Shown here one piece after another: positions 1-9,732 of a stretch of 64,000 nucleotides of DNA (its first letter is position 1; each line of letters begins with the position of its first letter). Below the pieces are notes generated by a model. It saw only the letters and a program-made list of their open reading frames with translations, was not told where the DNA came from and did no database searches. Both the position numbers and the translations under genes were made by a program. This DNA is from Candidatus Shapirobacteria bacterium. GTDB lineage: Bacteria; Patescibacteriota; Microgenomatia; UBA12405. The DNA is taken from the NCBI GenBank assembly GCA_041661765.1, contig JBAZTV010000002.1:203279-267278 (forward strand). Direction: 5' to 3'.

Positions 1-1092
1 CTCATAAGCATCAATAGAACCAAGATTTGGACTTCCTAAATTAACAACATTTTCCAATCTCGAATCATTTTTATTATCTTCTGCCCAAATTCTCGAAACC
101 AAACCACCTAAACTATGCCCAATTAAAATAACTTTTTCATCATTTCCAACTTTTTCGTCAATAAAATTATCTAAATTAGTAACAATTTCACTCACCGGTC
201 TCCTCCAATCATAATTCCAAATATAAAAATCCACATCTTCCTCCAGACCGTTTTCTTTCAACGCACTTATCAAACCATCATAATTTTTAACAAACGGCGT
301 CATTTTCCATTGATCAGCATTTACCTCCTTATTATAAACAATCGCGTCTGTGTTCCAACTCGCCCCAAGACCAGGAAGAATTATTATTTTTGGCTTAACA
401 ATAGGAGTCTCAATATCATCATAAATAAAATCTCCAATAATTAAATTATCAAATAAATTTTTAGTTGATCTCTGATAATAATTACCACCCCAATTATAAA
501 AACCAAAACTCCCATTTAAAATCGGATCCGTTTCATCATTAATATTAATTATTAAAATTGAATCAAAATATACCTCTATATTAGAATTATTTGCTTCAAT
601 TATAATTTTATGAACTTCGTTTTGAGTTAATTTTATTTGACTAAGACTATTAAAAGTCGATAATCTTTTATATCCCACATTAGAATCATATTTCCATAAA
701 ACTATTTCTCCCCCATCTTGAGGCCATAAAGGATCTTTAAATCTTAAATTTAATAAATAGAATTTATTTCTATCTTCAGAAACTCTAAAAACAATATCTT
801 GATCAACGCCACTCTTATTTAAAGAATCAAATCTTATAGAATAATTAGATAAATTCCAAAAAGACTTGGCTAATAAAAAAGATGACCCTCCGTAAGTTAC
901 TTCACCAACAATTTGTTGATCAACAATTTTCCAACTTTCCTGACCAGAACTACCAGCAACAAAAATCCAATTATCTAAATTGTTTTGATCAAAATTATCA
1001 GAAAAATACGTGACTGCATTAGTCTCTTTTACACTAAATACAAATGATAAAATTAAAAAGAAAATAAAAAATATTTTTGTTTTAATACACAC
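1..1092 (-). CDS. Secreted protein, lectin/ConA-like N-terminal region plus alpha/beta hydrolase (lipase-like) domain; runs off window start
   Basis: Not in ORF track. Open frame from GTG at 1092 to base 1; signal-peptide-like start (IFFIFFLILSFVFSVKETNA), IIILPGLGASW oxyanion motif, LIGHSLGG nucleophile elbow (about 103-126). Confidence 0.7.
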   Translation of the reverse strand, partial: MCIKTKIFFIFFLILSFVFSVKETNAVTYFSDNFDQNNLDNWIFVAGSSGQESWKIVDQQIVGEVTYGGSSFLLAKSFWNLSNYSIRFDSLNKSGVDQDIVFRVSEDRNKFYLLNLRFKDPLWPQDGGEIVLWKYDSNVGYKRLSTFNSLSQIKLTQNEVHKIIIEANNSNIEVYFDSILIININDETDPILNGSFGFYNWGGNYYQRSTKNLFDNLIIGDFIYDDIETPIVKPKIIILPGLGASWNTDAIVYNKEVNADQWKMTPFVKNYDGLISALKENGLEEDVDFYIWNYDWRRPVSEIVTNLDNFIDEKVGNDEKVILIGHSLGGLVSRIWAEDNKNDSRLENVVNLGSPNLGSIDAYE

Positions 1093-1119
1093 AATTTAAA
1101 TGTAAATTATTTATCAAAT

Positions 1120-1980
1120 ATGTCAACCGGCAAAAACACAACCCTAATAATAGTAAATTACAATTCCTCCAAAAATACTAATAAACTTCTTTTATCGCTC
1201 AAAAAACATATTTATTTATATATAAACGAAATTATAATTATTGATAACAATTCTAAAGATATTAAAAATCTAAATATTAATGACCAAAAAATAGAACTAA
1301 TAAAAAATAATAAAAATTTTGGATTTGCTAAGGCTGTTAATCAAGGAATCGACAAATCAAAAAACGATATTTTAATTTTATTAAATCCAGATACCACTAT
1401 TATCAACAACAACATTCTAAAAACCATTAAATTAATTAACAGTGATAAAAACATTGGAATAATAGGAGGGAAAATAAAATATGAACATAAAAAAATATTT
1501 ACAGCCAATAATACTCCAACGTTTTTAACTGGCCTTTTTGAATTCACAAATCTTAAAAAAATATTTCCAAACAATAAATACACCTCAATTTTTTGGCCAG
1601 AAAAAAATCAAAAAATAACAAAACCAATAGAAGTATCAGGAATTTGTGGAGCCTATTTAATTTTTAGAAAATACGATAAAAAAGGCAAAATAAATTACCT
1701 TAATGAAGATTATTTTTTATATTTAGAAGATCTAGATTTTTGTTTAAATATGAAATCTAAAGGTTTTAAAATTATTTTTGATCCAAGATCAGAAGTGTTT
1801 CATATAGGTGGAGCCAGTAGTAAAAATAAATACAATATGGCCCTAAATCATTGGTATAAATCAAGAAAAATATTCTTTAAATCACATCTTAATAGAGTTG
1901 AAGGTATAATATTAAATACTATATTTACACTAGAAGAAATAATTTTAAAAATCCGTCTATTAACAATAAACCATGATTAA
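1120..1980 (+). CDS. Glycosyltransferase family 2 (WbbL/rhamnosyltransferase-like)
   Basis: IIVNYNS, DNNS, NFGFAKAVNQG, LLNPD, FLYLEDLD motifs. Confidence 0.9.
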   Translation: MSTGKNTTLIIVNYNSSKNTNKLLLSLKKHIYLYINEIIIIDNNSKDIKNLNINDQKIELIKNNKNFGFAKAVNQGIDKSKNDILILLNPDTTIINNNILKTIKLINSDKNIGIIGGKIKYEHKKIFTANNTPTFLTGLFEFTNLKKIFPNNKYTSIFWPEKNQKITKPIEVSGICGAYLIFRKYDKKGKINYLNEDYFLYLEDLDFCLNMKSKGFKIIFDPRSEVFHIGGASSKNKYNMALNHWYKSRKIFFKSHLNRVEGIILNTIFTLEEIILKIRLLTINHD

Positions 1981-2746
1981 AAAACGTCACATCTCCATTC
2001 TTCTTCTCACCCACAACGAAGAATCAAACCTTCAAAAATACTGGACCTGGTTGGATAAATCTAAAACCATTAACGAAATAATCGTTATAGACGATAACTC
2101 TACCGACAAAACCACAGAAATTTTAAAAAAAATAGAAACAAAAAAAATCAAAGTTAAAATTTTTGAAAAGGAACTAGAAAATAATTTTTCCAATCAACGC
2201 AATTTTGGCATCACTAAAACTACTAACAATTGGATTCTCTGGCTCGACGCCGACGAAAAACCAAGCAAAAGTTTAATCCGATTTTTAAATCATATCGACA
2301 ATTTTCAATATAAAAATTATGCTTTCAAAAGAAAAGATGTCTTCATCGGTCATGAATTAAACCATGGTGAAAACACCAATCAATATTTTTTAAGGTTTTT
2401 CAATAAAAAATATGGCTGCTTTGCTGGCGCAGTCCATGAGATTTGGCAAACTCCAAAAGAAATCGAATATAAAAAATTACACATTCATCATTATCCACAT
2501 CAATCTTTAAAATCTTTTATCAAAAAAATAAATTTTTACACTGATATTCGTGCCCAAGAATTATACGATCAAAATCAAAAGAGTAATTTATTCCAAATAA
2601 TTTTTTATCCATTAGGCAAATTTATTCAAGACTATTTCTTTAAACTTGGGTTTCTAGACGCCACTCCTGGAATTATTATGGCTCTTGGTATGAGTTTCCA
2701 TTCATTTTTAGTCCGAGCTAAACTATGGCATTTGTCACACCAATAA
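1973..2746 (+). CDS. Glycosyltransferase family 2 (WaaE-like)
   Basis: THNEE, IDDNSTDKT, FSNQRN, WLDADE, VHE motifs. Confidence 0.9.
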   Translation: MIKKRHISILLLTHNEESNLQKYWTWLDKSKTINEIIVIDDNSTDKTTEILKKIETKKIKVKIFEKELENNFSNQRNFGITKTTNNWILWLDADEKPSKSLIRFLNHIDNFQYKNYAFKRKDVFIGHELNHGENTNQYFLRFFNKKYGCFAGAVHEIWQTPKEIEYKKLHIHHYPHQSLKSFIKKINFYTDIRAQELYDQNQKSNLFQIIFYPLGKFIQDYFFKLGFLDATPGIIMALGMSFHSFLVRAKLWHLSHQ

Positions 2747-3801
2747 TTTATTTATCCACAATCATTGCCTTCTTTTTTGGTCAATTATTAAGAATCGATC
2801 TAAAAGGTATTTCATTTCCCTTAATAGATATCTTTATTGCCGCTATTTTTTGTTTAAATATTTTTCAAAAAATAAAAACCAAGGAATTTAAGATTAAAAA
2901 TAAATATTTACTTTATTTTCTAATTTTCGCTTGGCTCAATTTTGTTTTTAACTTCTTCAGATATCATTTTGATGTAATCAAGCCAATTTTATATTTATTT
3001 AGATTAACTTTTCTACTCTCATTTTTTATTTTTCCACCAAAAATAGACAAAAAAATAAAAAAAATTTTCTATTTAATTATTTTCAGCAATGTTATTTTTG
3101 GATTAATCCAGTATTTTTTCTGGCCAGATTTTACTAATTTCAAATATCTAAATTGGGACCCACATTTATATCGTTTAGTCAGTACTTTTTTTGATCCAAC
3201 TTTTACTGCTTTAATCTACCTATTTCTAATCATCATTGTTTTTTTAAACAAAAAAATTCCTTTTAGAAAAACTATTTTAGTAATTTCTTATTTATCCATG
3301 GCCTTAACTTATAGTCGTTCTAGCTATATTTCCTTTTTTATCGCTTTCATTTTTATTGCCTATCAAAAAAAGAGTTTTAAAATTTTTATTTTCAGTTCGA
3401 TTTTAATTTTTTCCACTATTTTTTTATTACCTCGTTTTGAAGGTGAGGGGACTAAGCTTGAGAGAATTTCCTCTATTTCGGCTAAAGTTGAAAACTACAA
3501 AGAAGGCTTCGATTTATTTTTAAAATCTCCTATTATTGGTCACGGCTACAATAATCTTTTATATGTTCGTCAAGTTAACAATCCCAATTCTCATGCCAAT
3601 TCAGGATTCGACGGATCACTAATGACCATTTTAACTAGTCTAGGTATTATTGGTTTAGTTCTTTTCACTCTAGGACTAAAAAATATATTCAATCAAGGCA
3701 GTTTAATAACAAAAACCATCCTCGTCTCTGTCTTCGTCCATTCTCTTTTTGCAAACTCACTTTTATACCCTTGGATCTTACTCTTCTTTATCTTTATTTA
3801 A
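2725..3801 (+). CDS. O-antigen ligase/Wzy-like membrane protein
   Basis: Many TM helices; RLVSTFFDP, LTYSRS, SPIIGHG, HSLF motifs. Confidence 0.8.
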   Translation: MAFVTPIIYLSTIIAFFFGQLLRIDLKGISFPLIDIFIAAIFCLNIFQKIKTKEFKIKNKYLLYFLIFAWLNFVFNFFRYHFDVIKPILYLFRLTFLLSFFIFPPKIDKKIKKIFYLIIFSNVIFGLIQYFFWPDFTNFKYLNWDPHLYRLVSTFFDPTFTALIYLFLIIIVFLNKKIPFRKTILVISYLSMALTYSRSSYISFFIAFIFIAYQKKSFKIFIFSSILIFSTIFLLPRFEGEGTKLERISSISAKVENYKEGFDLFLKSPIIGHGYNNLLYVRQVNNPNSHANSGFDGSLMTILTSLGIIGLVLFTLGLKNIFNQGSLITKTILVSVFVHSLFANSLLYPWILLFFIFI

Positions 3802-4514
3802 ATATCGTAAGTAATAGATATTGTTTTTTTAGTTTCATTTAAAGCTGTATCTTTAACCACTATTCCGATATCATTTTTACCAGAATTTAATTGTATTTTT
3901 AATTTAAAATTACCATCACTATCAACAATTGCTACCTTACCATTAACTGTCACATTCACCCCTTTCTCGCTTTTTCCAGTAATATCAAAATCAGCCGAAT
4001 CCACTGTTAGTGAATCTTCACTTGGATTAGACATCGTCAATTCTGGCGATACAATATCGAAAAGAACTGATACTATTTTTGAAACTTCACTACTTCCACC
4101 TATTTCTTTAGTTGCTTTTGCTGAAAAATTATTTTCACCTTCACTTAATTCAATATCTTCAAAAGAAAAATTTCCATCAACTGTAACATCAGTTTTACCA
4201 ATTGATTGATCATTATTAAACAATTCCACCACCGATTCAGCTTCAGCAAAACCATCAATTTTAATCTGACGACTACTAGTTGCTTCAAAAGGAACTATTA
4301 AACGAGGAGCCAATGGAGGAACAATATTTTCACTCGTAGTGTCTTTTTGGCTTTTAGTATTACCTAAAAGAATTGAGAATTTAATCAAAAGAGGTAATCC
4401 AAAAACAATAATCAACACAAAAACAAAAACTGTCAAAAACCCCAAAAAAACAGTCTTTTTGGTTATCTGTTCATCTTTTTTTCTTTCTAGTCTTGATCTT
4501 TTAAACTCTGGCAT
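3798..4514 (-). CDS. Membrane-anchored protein with two bacterial Ig-like domains
   Basis: One N-terminal TM; DGNFSF..LSEGEN and DGNFK..LNSGKNDI..DTALNET Ig-type motifs. Confidence 0.75.
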   Translation of the reverse strand: MPEFKRSRLERKKDEQITKKTVFLGFLTVFVFVLIIVFGLPLLIKFSILLGNTKSQKDTTSENIVPPLAPRLIVPFEATSSRQIKIDGFAEAESVVELFNNDQSIGKTDVTVDGNFSFEDIELSEGENNFSAKATKEIGGSSEVSKIVSVLFDIVSPELTMSNPSEDSLTVDSADFDITGKSEKGVNVTVNGKVAIVDSDGNFKLKIQLNSGKNDIGIVVKDTALNETKKTISITYDI

Positions 4515-4717
4515 ATGTTTCTACATTATACATTATTAATATATTCTCTCCTTTTTCAAATGAGGAGAACCCTCAATTTATCGGAATAAACAGATTTTAA
4601 GAGCCGAAATAAAAAATAATCTGTTTGAATCAAATTTTACTTTAGGAACTGAAATAAAACAATATTTTTAATTTTAGTTTTTTACTATATTTTCAATTTA
4701 AAAAGTTTTTATTTCAG

Positions 4718-4790
4718 AGCCGAAGGGGAGAGTCGAACTCCCGACCCCAGCTTTACGAAAGCTATGCTCTACCAACTGAGCTACTCCGGC
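4718..4790 (-). tRNA. tRNA-Thr(CGT)
   Basis: GCCGGAG acceptor, anticodon arm TAGCT-TTCGTAA-AGCTG, GTTCGAC T-loop; CCA not encoded. Confidence 0.93.
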
Positions 4791-4795
4791 ACGAG

Positions 4796-4866
4796 AGCGG
4801 CTAGAGGGAATCGAACTCTCGACCTATCCTTGGGAAGGATATGTTTTACCACTAAACTATAGCCGC
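4796..4866 (-). tRNA. tRNA-Gly(CCC)
   Basis: GCGGCTA acceptor, TATCC-TTCCCAA-GGATA. Confidence 0.93.
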
Positions 4867-4887
4867 ATTCGCTTTATTTTACCACGC

Positions 4888-5448
4888 TTATAGTGTTGGA
4901 ATTTTAATTGTCATTCCAATTTCCAATAAACCAGCATGCGGAATTATTGCTTTATTCTCTTGCCAAATATTCACCCACTTATATCCATCTCCATAAGCTT
5001 TAACCGCAATTTTCCATAAATTATCGTTTTTAACTACTTTATAGTCGCTTCCTTGATCAATTTTATTATCAACTTTATCTGTTGAAGCAATAACAGCTTC
5101 TATTATTGGCATTTTTAATTTTTGACCCACATAAAGTATTGATGCATTTTTTAGATTATTTGCCTTTGCAATTTTTGACCAGGCATAACCATCGTTATAT
5201 TTCTTTTCTGCAATTTTCCATAAATTATCACCTTTAACCACAGTATAAGAATTTTCTTCTTCCTGTTTTTGTTTAATCGCTTCTTCCGACAAAGTAATAT
5301 CACTGGCTCCAGGAATTTCCACTGTACCATTCTTTCTTTGGATAAAATTAAAAATCAAAGACACTACTACCACCATAATCGCCAATCCCAACAACATACT
5401 TACAAACTCTTCTGAAGATTTAAAATATTTTTTACCTGCTTTAAACAT
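4888..5448 (-). CDS. Membrane-anchored protein with two LysM domains
   Basis: YTVVKGDNLWKIA and YKVVKNDNLWKIA repeats; start taken at ATG 5448. Confidence 0.9.
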   Translation of the reverse strand: MFKAGKKYFKSSEEFVSMLLGLAIMVVVVSLIFNFIQRKNGTVEIPGASDITLSEEAIKQKQEEENSYTVVKGDNLWKIAEKKYNDGYAWSKIAKANNLKNASILYVGQKLKMPIIEAVIASTDKVDNKIDQGSDYKVVKNDNLWKIAVKAYGDGYKWVNIWQENKAIIPHAGLLEIGMTIKIPTL

Positions 5449-5532
5449 ATTTTTTATTATAAACAGCAACTAATAATTTTTGCTGAACTTATAATAATGT
5501 ACAAAACAATTTTAAAATAGTCAATGCAGCTA

Positions 5533-5835
5533 TTATTTTCTTGTTCTAATTTCTATTTCAGAAAAATTATTTTCACCTAAATTTCCAATAAATTGTAATA
5601 TATTTCTGGTAAAAATTTTAAACGGTTCTATATTAAACCTATAAATTCTTTGTTTTCCCAAAATACGACTTTCCACCAACTTCGCTTTTCGTAAAATAGA
5701 CAAATGGTTAGACAGTGTTGCTTGAGTTATCTCAAAATTTTTCAACAACTCATTCACCGACATTTCTCCATTTCTCAATAGTGTTAAAATTTTTCTCCTA
5801 TTAATATCGGCCATCGCTTTAAATATTTTGTCCAT
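5533..5835 (-). CDS. ArsR/SmtB family transcriptional regulator
   Basis: FKAMADINRRKIL..LSNHLSILRKAKLV. Confidence 0.9.
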   Translation of the reverse strand: MDKIFKAMADINRRKILTLLRNGEMSVNELLKNFEITQATLSNHLSILRKAKLVESRILGKQRIYRFNIEPFKIFTRNILQFIGNLGENNFSEIEIRTRK

Positions 5836-5921
5836 AATCGTATTATATCGACAAACATCAATATATTCAAAACAAGAATATCAACTTGATTATTAAAAAC
5901 ATTTCAGAGAAAATACAGCAT

Positions 5922-6533
5922 ATGAAAAACTTTGATAATAAACAAGAACAAACTTTAGTTATTGTTAAACCAGACGGTGTCCAGAGAGGATTAATCGGCG
6001 AAGTCATAAAAAGATATGAAACTTGTGGCCTCAAATTAGTAGCCCTAAAAATGCTTATTCCTACTAAAGAATTAGCTCTTAAACATTATTCCACTGATCC
6101 AAACTGGGCCTTAAAAACCGGCACTAAGTCTTTTGAATCATACAAAAGTAAAGGCTTATCAACTCCAGGCAATGATCCAATCAAATTTGCTGAAACCATT
6201 AGGGAGAAAATAGTTGATTTTATAAGCAGTGGCCCAGTCGTTGCTATGATCTGGCAAGGCATGGGGGCAGTCGCCATTGTAAGAAAGATTACTGGTTCGA
6301 CTGAACCATTAGCCTCTGCCCCTGGAACCATTCGTGGTGATTACACTATCGATTCATATTCCTCGTCAGATATAGACAACCGTTCTGTTAGAAATATTAT
6401 TCACTCATCTGAGTCTGTTGATGAGGCTTCAAAAGAAATTCCAATTTGGTTTGATAAAAAAGAAATACTAAGTTTCAGACTCATCTCTGAAGAAATTATT
6501 TACGATGTCAATCTCGACGGCATTTTAGAGTAA
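5922..6533 (+). CDS. ndk: Nucleoside diphosphate kinase
   Basis: TLVIVKPDGVQRGLIG, PGTIRGD, NIIHSS catalytic His; start at ATG 5922. Confidence 0.95.
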   Translation: MKNFDNKQEQTLVIVKPDGVQRGLIGEVIKRYETCGLKLVALKMLIPTKELALKHYSTDPNWALKTGTKSFESYKSKGLSTPGNDPIKFAETIREKIVDFISSGPVVAMIWQGMGAVAIVRKITGSTEPLASAPGTIRGDYTIDSYSSSDIDNRSVRNIIHSSESVDEASKEIPIWFDKKEILSFRLISEEIIYDVNLDGILE

Positions 6534-6640
6534 ACCAAGTTTAAATATCTAAATCTTATTTCTGGTATAATAGCTAAGTATATTTATTCGGCCTCCTAAA
6601 TAATTCGCTTTTATTTTTTAACGATATCTACTTAAATTTT

Positions 6641-7153
6641 ATGACAGAAATTAAAAACACTTTTTCAATTGGTGATTACATTATTGATTTCGAAAATATT
6701 TATCAAATCACCAGTCAAAAAGATCAAAAAGACCTTTCAGATAAAACCATTTCCTATTTTTTTTACGAACCCATTGATGAGCTAAACAATAGAACTACTT
6801 ATTCAACTCCAATTGATAATATTTTTAAAAGCGGTCTACGACATTTAATTAATCAAGACATCGCTAAAAAGTTATATAAAGAAGCAGAAGAAAAAATTGA
6901 CCATGACACCATTCTGGATTATAAATCAATCAAAGAAACACTTTATCAAAATGACCCTGGAAAAGATCTCATCATATTAAAGCAATTATTTTTAGAAAAA
7001 GAAAAAACTCAAGAAAAATTCTCAAGAACCAACAAAGAAACCTTAGAGTCAATTTTAAAACACATTTCTAGTGAAATCGCCTTTGTTACTAAAAAACCAA
7101 TTGTTACCGTCCAAGAGAAACTCACTTCTTTAATCCAAAAAGCCATTAAATAA
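6641..7153 (+). CDS. CarD-like transcription factor (divergent)
   Basis: FSIGDYII N-terminus, PID....GLRHLI motif, helical C-terminus ending ISSEIAFV. Confidence 0.6.
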   Translation: MTEIKNTFSIGDYIIDFENIYQITSQKDQKDLSDKTISYFFYEPIDELNNRTTYSTPIDNIFKSGLRHLINQDIAKKLYKEAEEKIDHDTILDYKSIKETLYQNDPGKDLIILKQLFLEKEKTQEKFSRTNKETLESILKHISSEIAFVTKKPIVTVQEKLTSLIQKAIK

Positions 7154-7183
7154 ATTTTTGCGGATTTATCCACATTAATAATT

Positions 7184-8272
7184 TTAATTAACCGTTTGAT
7201 TTTTAGTACGAACACTCAGTTCTTCAACAATTAGTCTAATAAGTTTTTTAGCTTTAATTTCGTTTTTTTTAATAGAAATATTCCAATCTAATCCTGGCCC
7301 AGTATTTCCTTCCAAAAAATAAGTATTGCCATTATTACTAATAATAAAATCCAAAGTAAAAAGAGAATGTTTTTTATTTAAAAGTTTGGCAATTAAATTT
7401 GATTTGGTTATTAATGATTGAGGAATTTTACTTAAGGATAAGTAAGTTAATAAACCACCTTGATGTTCATTACAACGAAATTCACCTGGTTTTGCCGTTC
7501 TAATATATGACTGAATAATTTTGCCATTAAGATAAATCATTCTAATATCAGTAGAAGCAAGACTATTTTTATAACTGAAACCTTTATCAAATTTAGCAAA
7601 AGGCTGAATAATATATGAAATATTATTATTTTTATTAATAACAGCCAACATCTCTTCTGCTTGGTCAATTTTAAACTTATGAATGTGACGTCCACCAGCT
7701 CCATATCGATTTTTCATAACAATATCATCACTAAAATCTGTCGAAGTCGGATGTTTAAAAGTCAATTCAGATAAATTTTTACAATCATTTTTAACACTTT
7801 TAAGAGAATCCCCATTTAACATAATGGTTGGAATTGAATGTTTTGACAATTCTTCGTAAGTTTTATGCTTATCAAAAAATAAACTAAATAAATTAGGATC
7901 ATTAAACGGTTTAATTTCAGATAAAGAAAATAATAATTGACGACGAGCCTTACCAATATTTCTTGTTGGAGAATATTTATCAAAAATTAAAGAGGAATAA
8001 CAATGAGAATTAACCTTGCTCCAAGTTTTGTTTTCAAATTGCCAATAACTACTACAATGCCCAGCTCCAATAATATCTGCTGAAGTTGTAAAAGCAGCAG
8101 TTAATTTAAACTTACTACAAATTTCTAAAAAGTAACCATAAACAAGATTATAGATGGCATTTGAAGAATTAAGAGGAAATGGAGTTTGTTTATCCACTGA
8201 AGTATTAGACGCACTAAAAGCCATCTTCTGGTTGTAGACAATAAGAACATCAAAACAAGTTAATTTGCTCAT
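7184..8272 (-). CDS. RimK-like ATP-grasp ligase
   Basis: DKHKTY, MKNRYGAGG, IIQPF, DIR, FRCNEHQGG, LDFI, FLEGNTGPG; start at ATG 8272. Confidence 0.8.
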   Translation of the reverse strand: MSKLTCFDVLIVYNQKMAFSASNTSVDKQTPFPLNSSNAIYNLVYGYFLEICSKFKLTAAFTTSADIIGAGHCSSYWQFENKTWSKVNSHCYSSLIFDKYSPTRNIGKARRQLLFSLSEIKPFNDPNLFSLFFDKHKTYEELSKHSIPTIMLNGDSLKSVKNDCKNLSELTFKHPTSTDFSDDIVMKNRYGAGGRHIHKFKIDQAEEMLAVINKNNNISYIIQPFAKFDKGFSYKNSLASTDIRMIYLNGKIIQSYIRTAKPGEFRCNEHQGGLLTYLSLSKIPQSLITKSNLIAKLLNKKHSLFTLDFIISNNGNTYFLEGNTGPGLDWNISIKKNEIKAKKLIRLIVEELSVRTKNQTVN

Positions 8273-8592
8273 AAATTTTAAATAATGACTACCAATAACA
8301 GACACAAAAATCAGAGTATCAAAACAAAACATTCCTTATTCGGTGAATAGATACATTATACCCTATTTTTAGCCAAAAAAAACAACTTATAGGATATATA
8401 AAATAAATCCTTAACAAAACAGTGGAGTGAACTTGGAAATTATTTAAATAAATAACTTTCAAAAATAAATTTATTCTTTTTTTTCAAGAATATTCATCAC
8501 TTTTAGTAAAATTATGTTAATATAATAACAATATTATTCAAATAATGAGTGATATAGAAGGTGTACTTTCAAAATAAGAAGGAGGGATTTTT

Positions 8593-8796
8593 ATGTCAGG
8601 TCCTGATCCTCGTGAACGCGATTACCCCATACCTGATGACAGATATACCGGCAATCTACAAGGTGGAGGTATTATGAAAAACTCCACTCATTGGGACGAC
8701 CAAGACGGTCACCATCGCGAATCATACAACTATGACCGTGAAGGAAACATGGAAAATCTTCATCATGACAATGAACCCGGACCGTGGAACCGTTAA
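8593..8796 (+). CDS. Small acidic Asp/His/Gly-rich hypothetical protein (67 aa)
   Basis: Strong SD AAGGAGGG 6 nt before ATG; GC-richer than flanks. Confidence 0.65.
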   Translation: MSGPDPRERDYPIPDDRYTGNLQGGGIMKNSTHWDDQDGHHRESYNYDREGNMENLHHDNEPGPWNR

Positions 8797-8916
8797 GTTT
8801 CAATTCCAAGCATTTGAACACCTAATCAATCCACAACCCAAAACTCCAACATGATTGGAATAGATAAACTTCGCACCTTCAATATCTATTTCAATCATCC
8901 CTTATACTAAAAATAT

Positions 8917-9513
8917 ATGACAAGCAACAAATATTTTGAAATAGTCAAAAAAACAACTATTGATTTTAAAGAGAGAAGAATTGATGCAGAAGATTTTAAA
9001 AAAACTTTTGACAAACTTGATGAAATTGAAATATATGGGAATTTAGATAAAAATGGATATAAAGGAATCGCTAATTACATCTCCTATGTTATAGAACTAG
9101 ACGATCAAAATACTTTAGAGTCGCAAACTATAGTAAACATAATTGATTTATTTTATTGTTATTTTATTGATAACTACGATTATGTTTGTTCAAAAGATTT
9201 TTATAAATTTCTAAAAATTGGTTTAAGTAAAGAAAATAAAACTCCAATCCAAACATCTTTTAAACAAGCCGTTCAAGATTATTTAGATAAAAAAATCAGT
9301 GATTATTGTTTAGCTTATATCGCTTCTGAATTTTTAAATAATTTAAAGTTTTTTGAAAAAGAAATAAAAGAAGACAAAGAATTATCTAATGCATTAAATA
9401 TAGCTCCAAAACTAAAACCAACTAAATTACTAGAAGACTTAACTCCAAAAGAAATTGAAAACAAAAAAGATATAGACAAGAAACTGACAAAATATTTAAA
9501 AACAATTAAATAA
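8917..9513 (+). CDS. Hypothetical helical protein
   Basis: 198-aa ORF, TATACT -10 box 7 nt upstream of ATG. Confidence 0.7.
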   Translation: MTSNKYFEIVKKTTIDFKERRIDAEDFKKTFDKLDEIEIYGNLDKNGYKGIANYISYVIELDDQNTLESQTIVNIIDLFYCYFIDNYDYVCSKDFYKFLKIGLSKENKTPIQTSFKQAVQDYLDKKISDYCLAYIASEFLNNLKFFEKEIKEDKELSNALNIAPKLKPTKLLEDLTPKEIENKKDIDKKLTKYLKTIK

Positions 9514-9532
9514 TATTTCACTTTGGAACATT

Positions 9533-9557
9533 AAAAAATCCCCTAAAATAGGGGATT
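9533..9557 (-). terminator. Intrinsic terminator after tRNA-Asp (possibly bidirectional)
   Basis: AATCCCCT-AAAAT-AGGGGATT hairpin with T run on minus strand. Confidence 0.7.
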
Positions 9558-9564
9558 AACATAC

Positions 9565-9641
9565 TGGCGGGCCCGATGGGATTCGAACCCACGATCTTCC
9601 GCGTGACAGGCGGATGTGCTAGACCGCTGCACCACGAGCCC
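9565..9641 (-). tRNA. tRNA-Asp(GTC)
   Basis: TCCGC-CTGTCAC-GCGGA; CCA encoded. Confidence 0.95.
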
Positions 9642-9732
9642 ATTGGTCTAATTATCTTGATACTATACCAAAACTTCACCAAACAAACAATAAACTAATT
9701 ATTTATTTTATCTAATGTCATATAATTAACAT

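Noticed and set aside
4545-4575. TTCTCTCCTTTTTCAAATGAGGAGAACC as a seventh family A copy
   Set aside because: Stem is imperfect and the G-rich tail is missing; may be a weak terminator or decayed copy.
4600-4724. 9-bp duplication AGAGCCGAA of the tRNA-Thr 3' end
   Set aside because: Short, with only about 110 bp of non-coding DNA between copies; insufficient for an att call.
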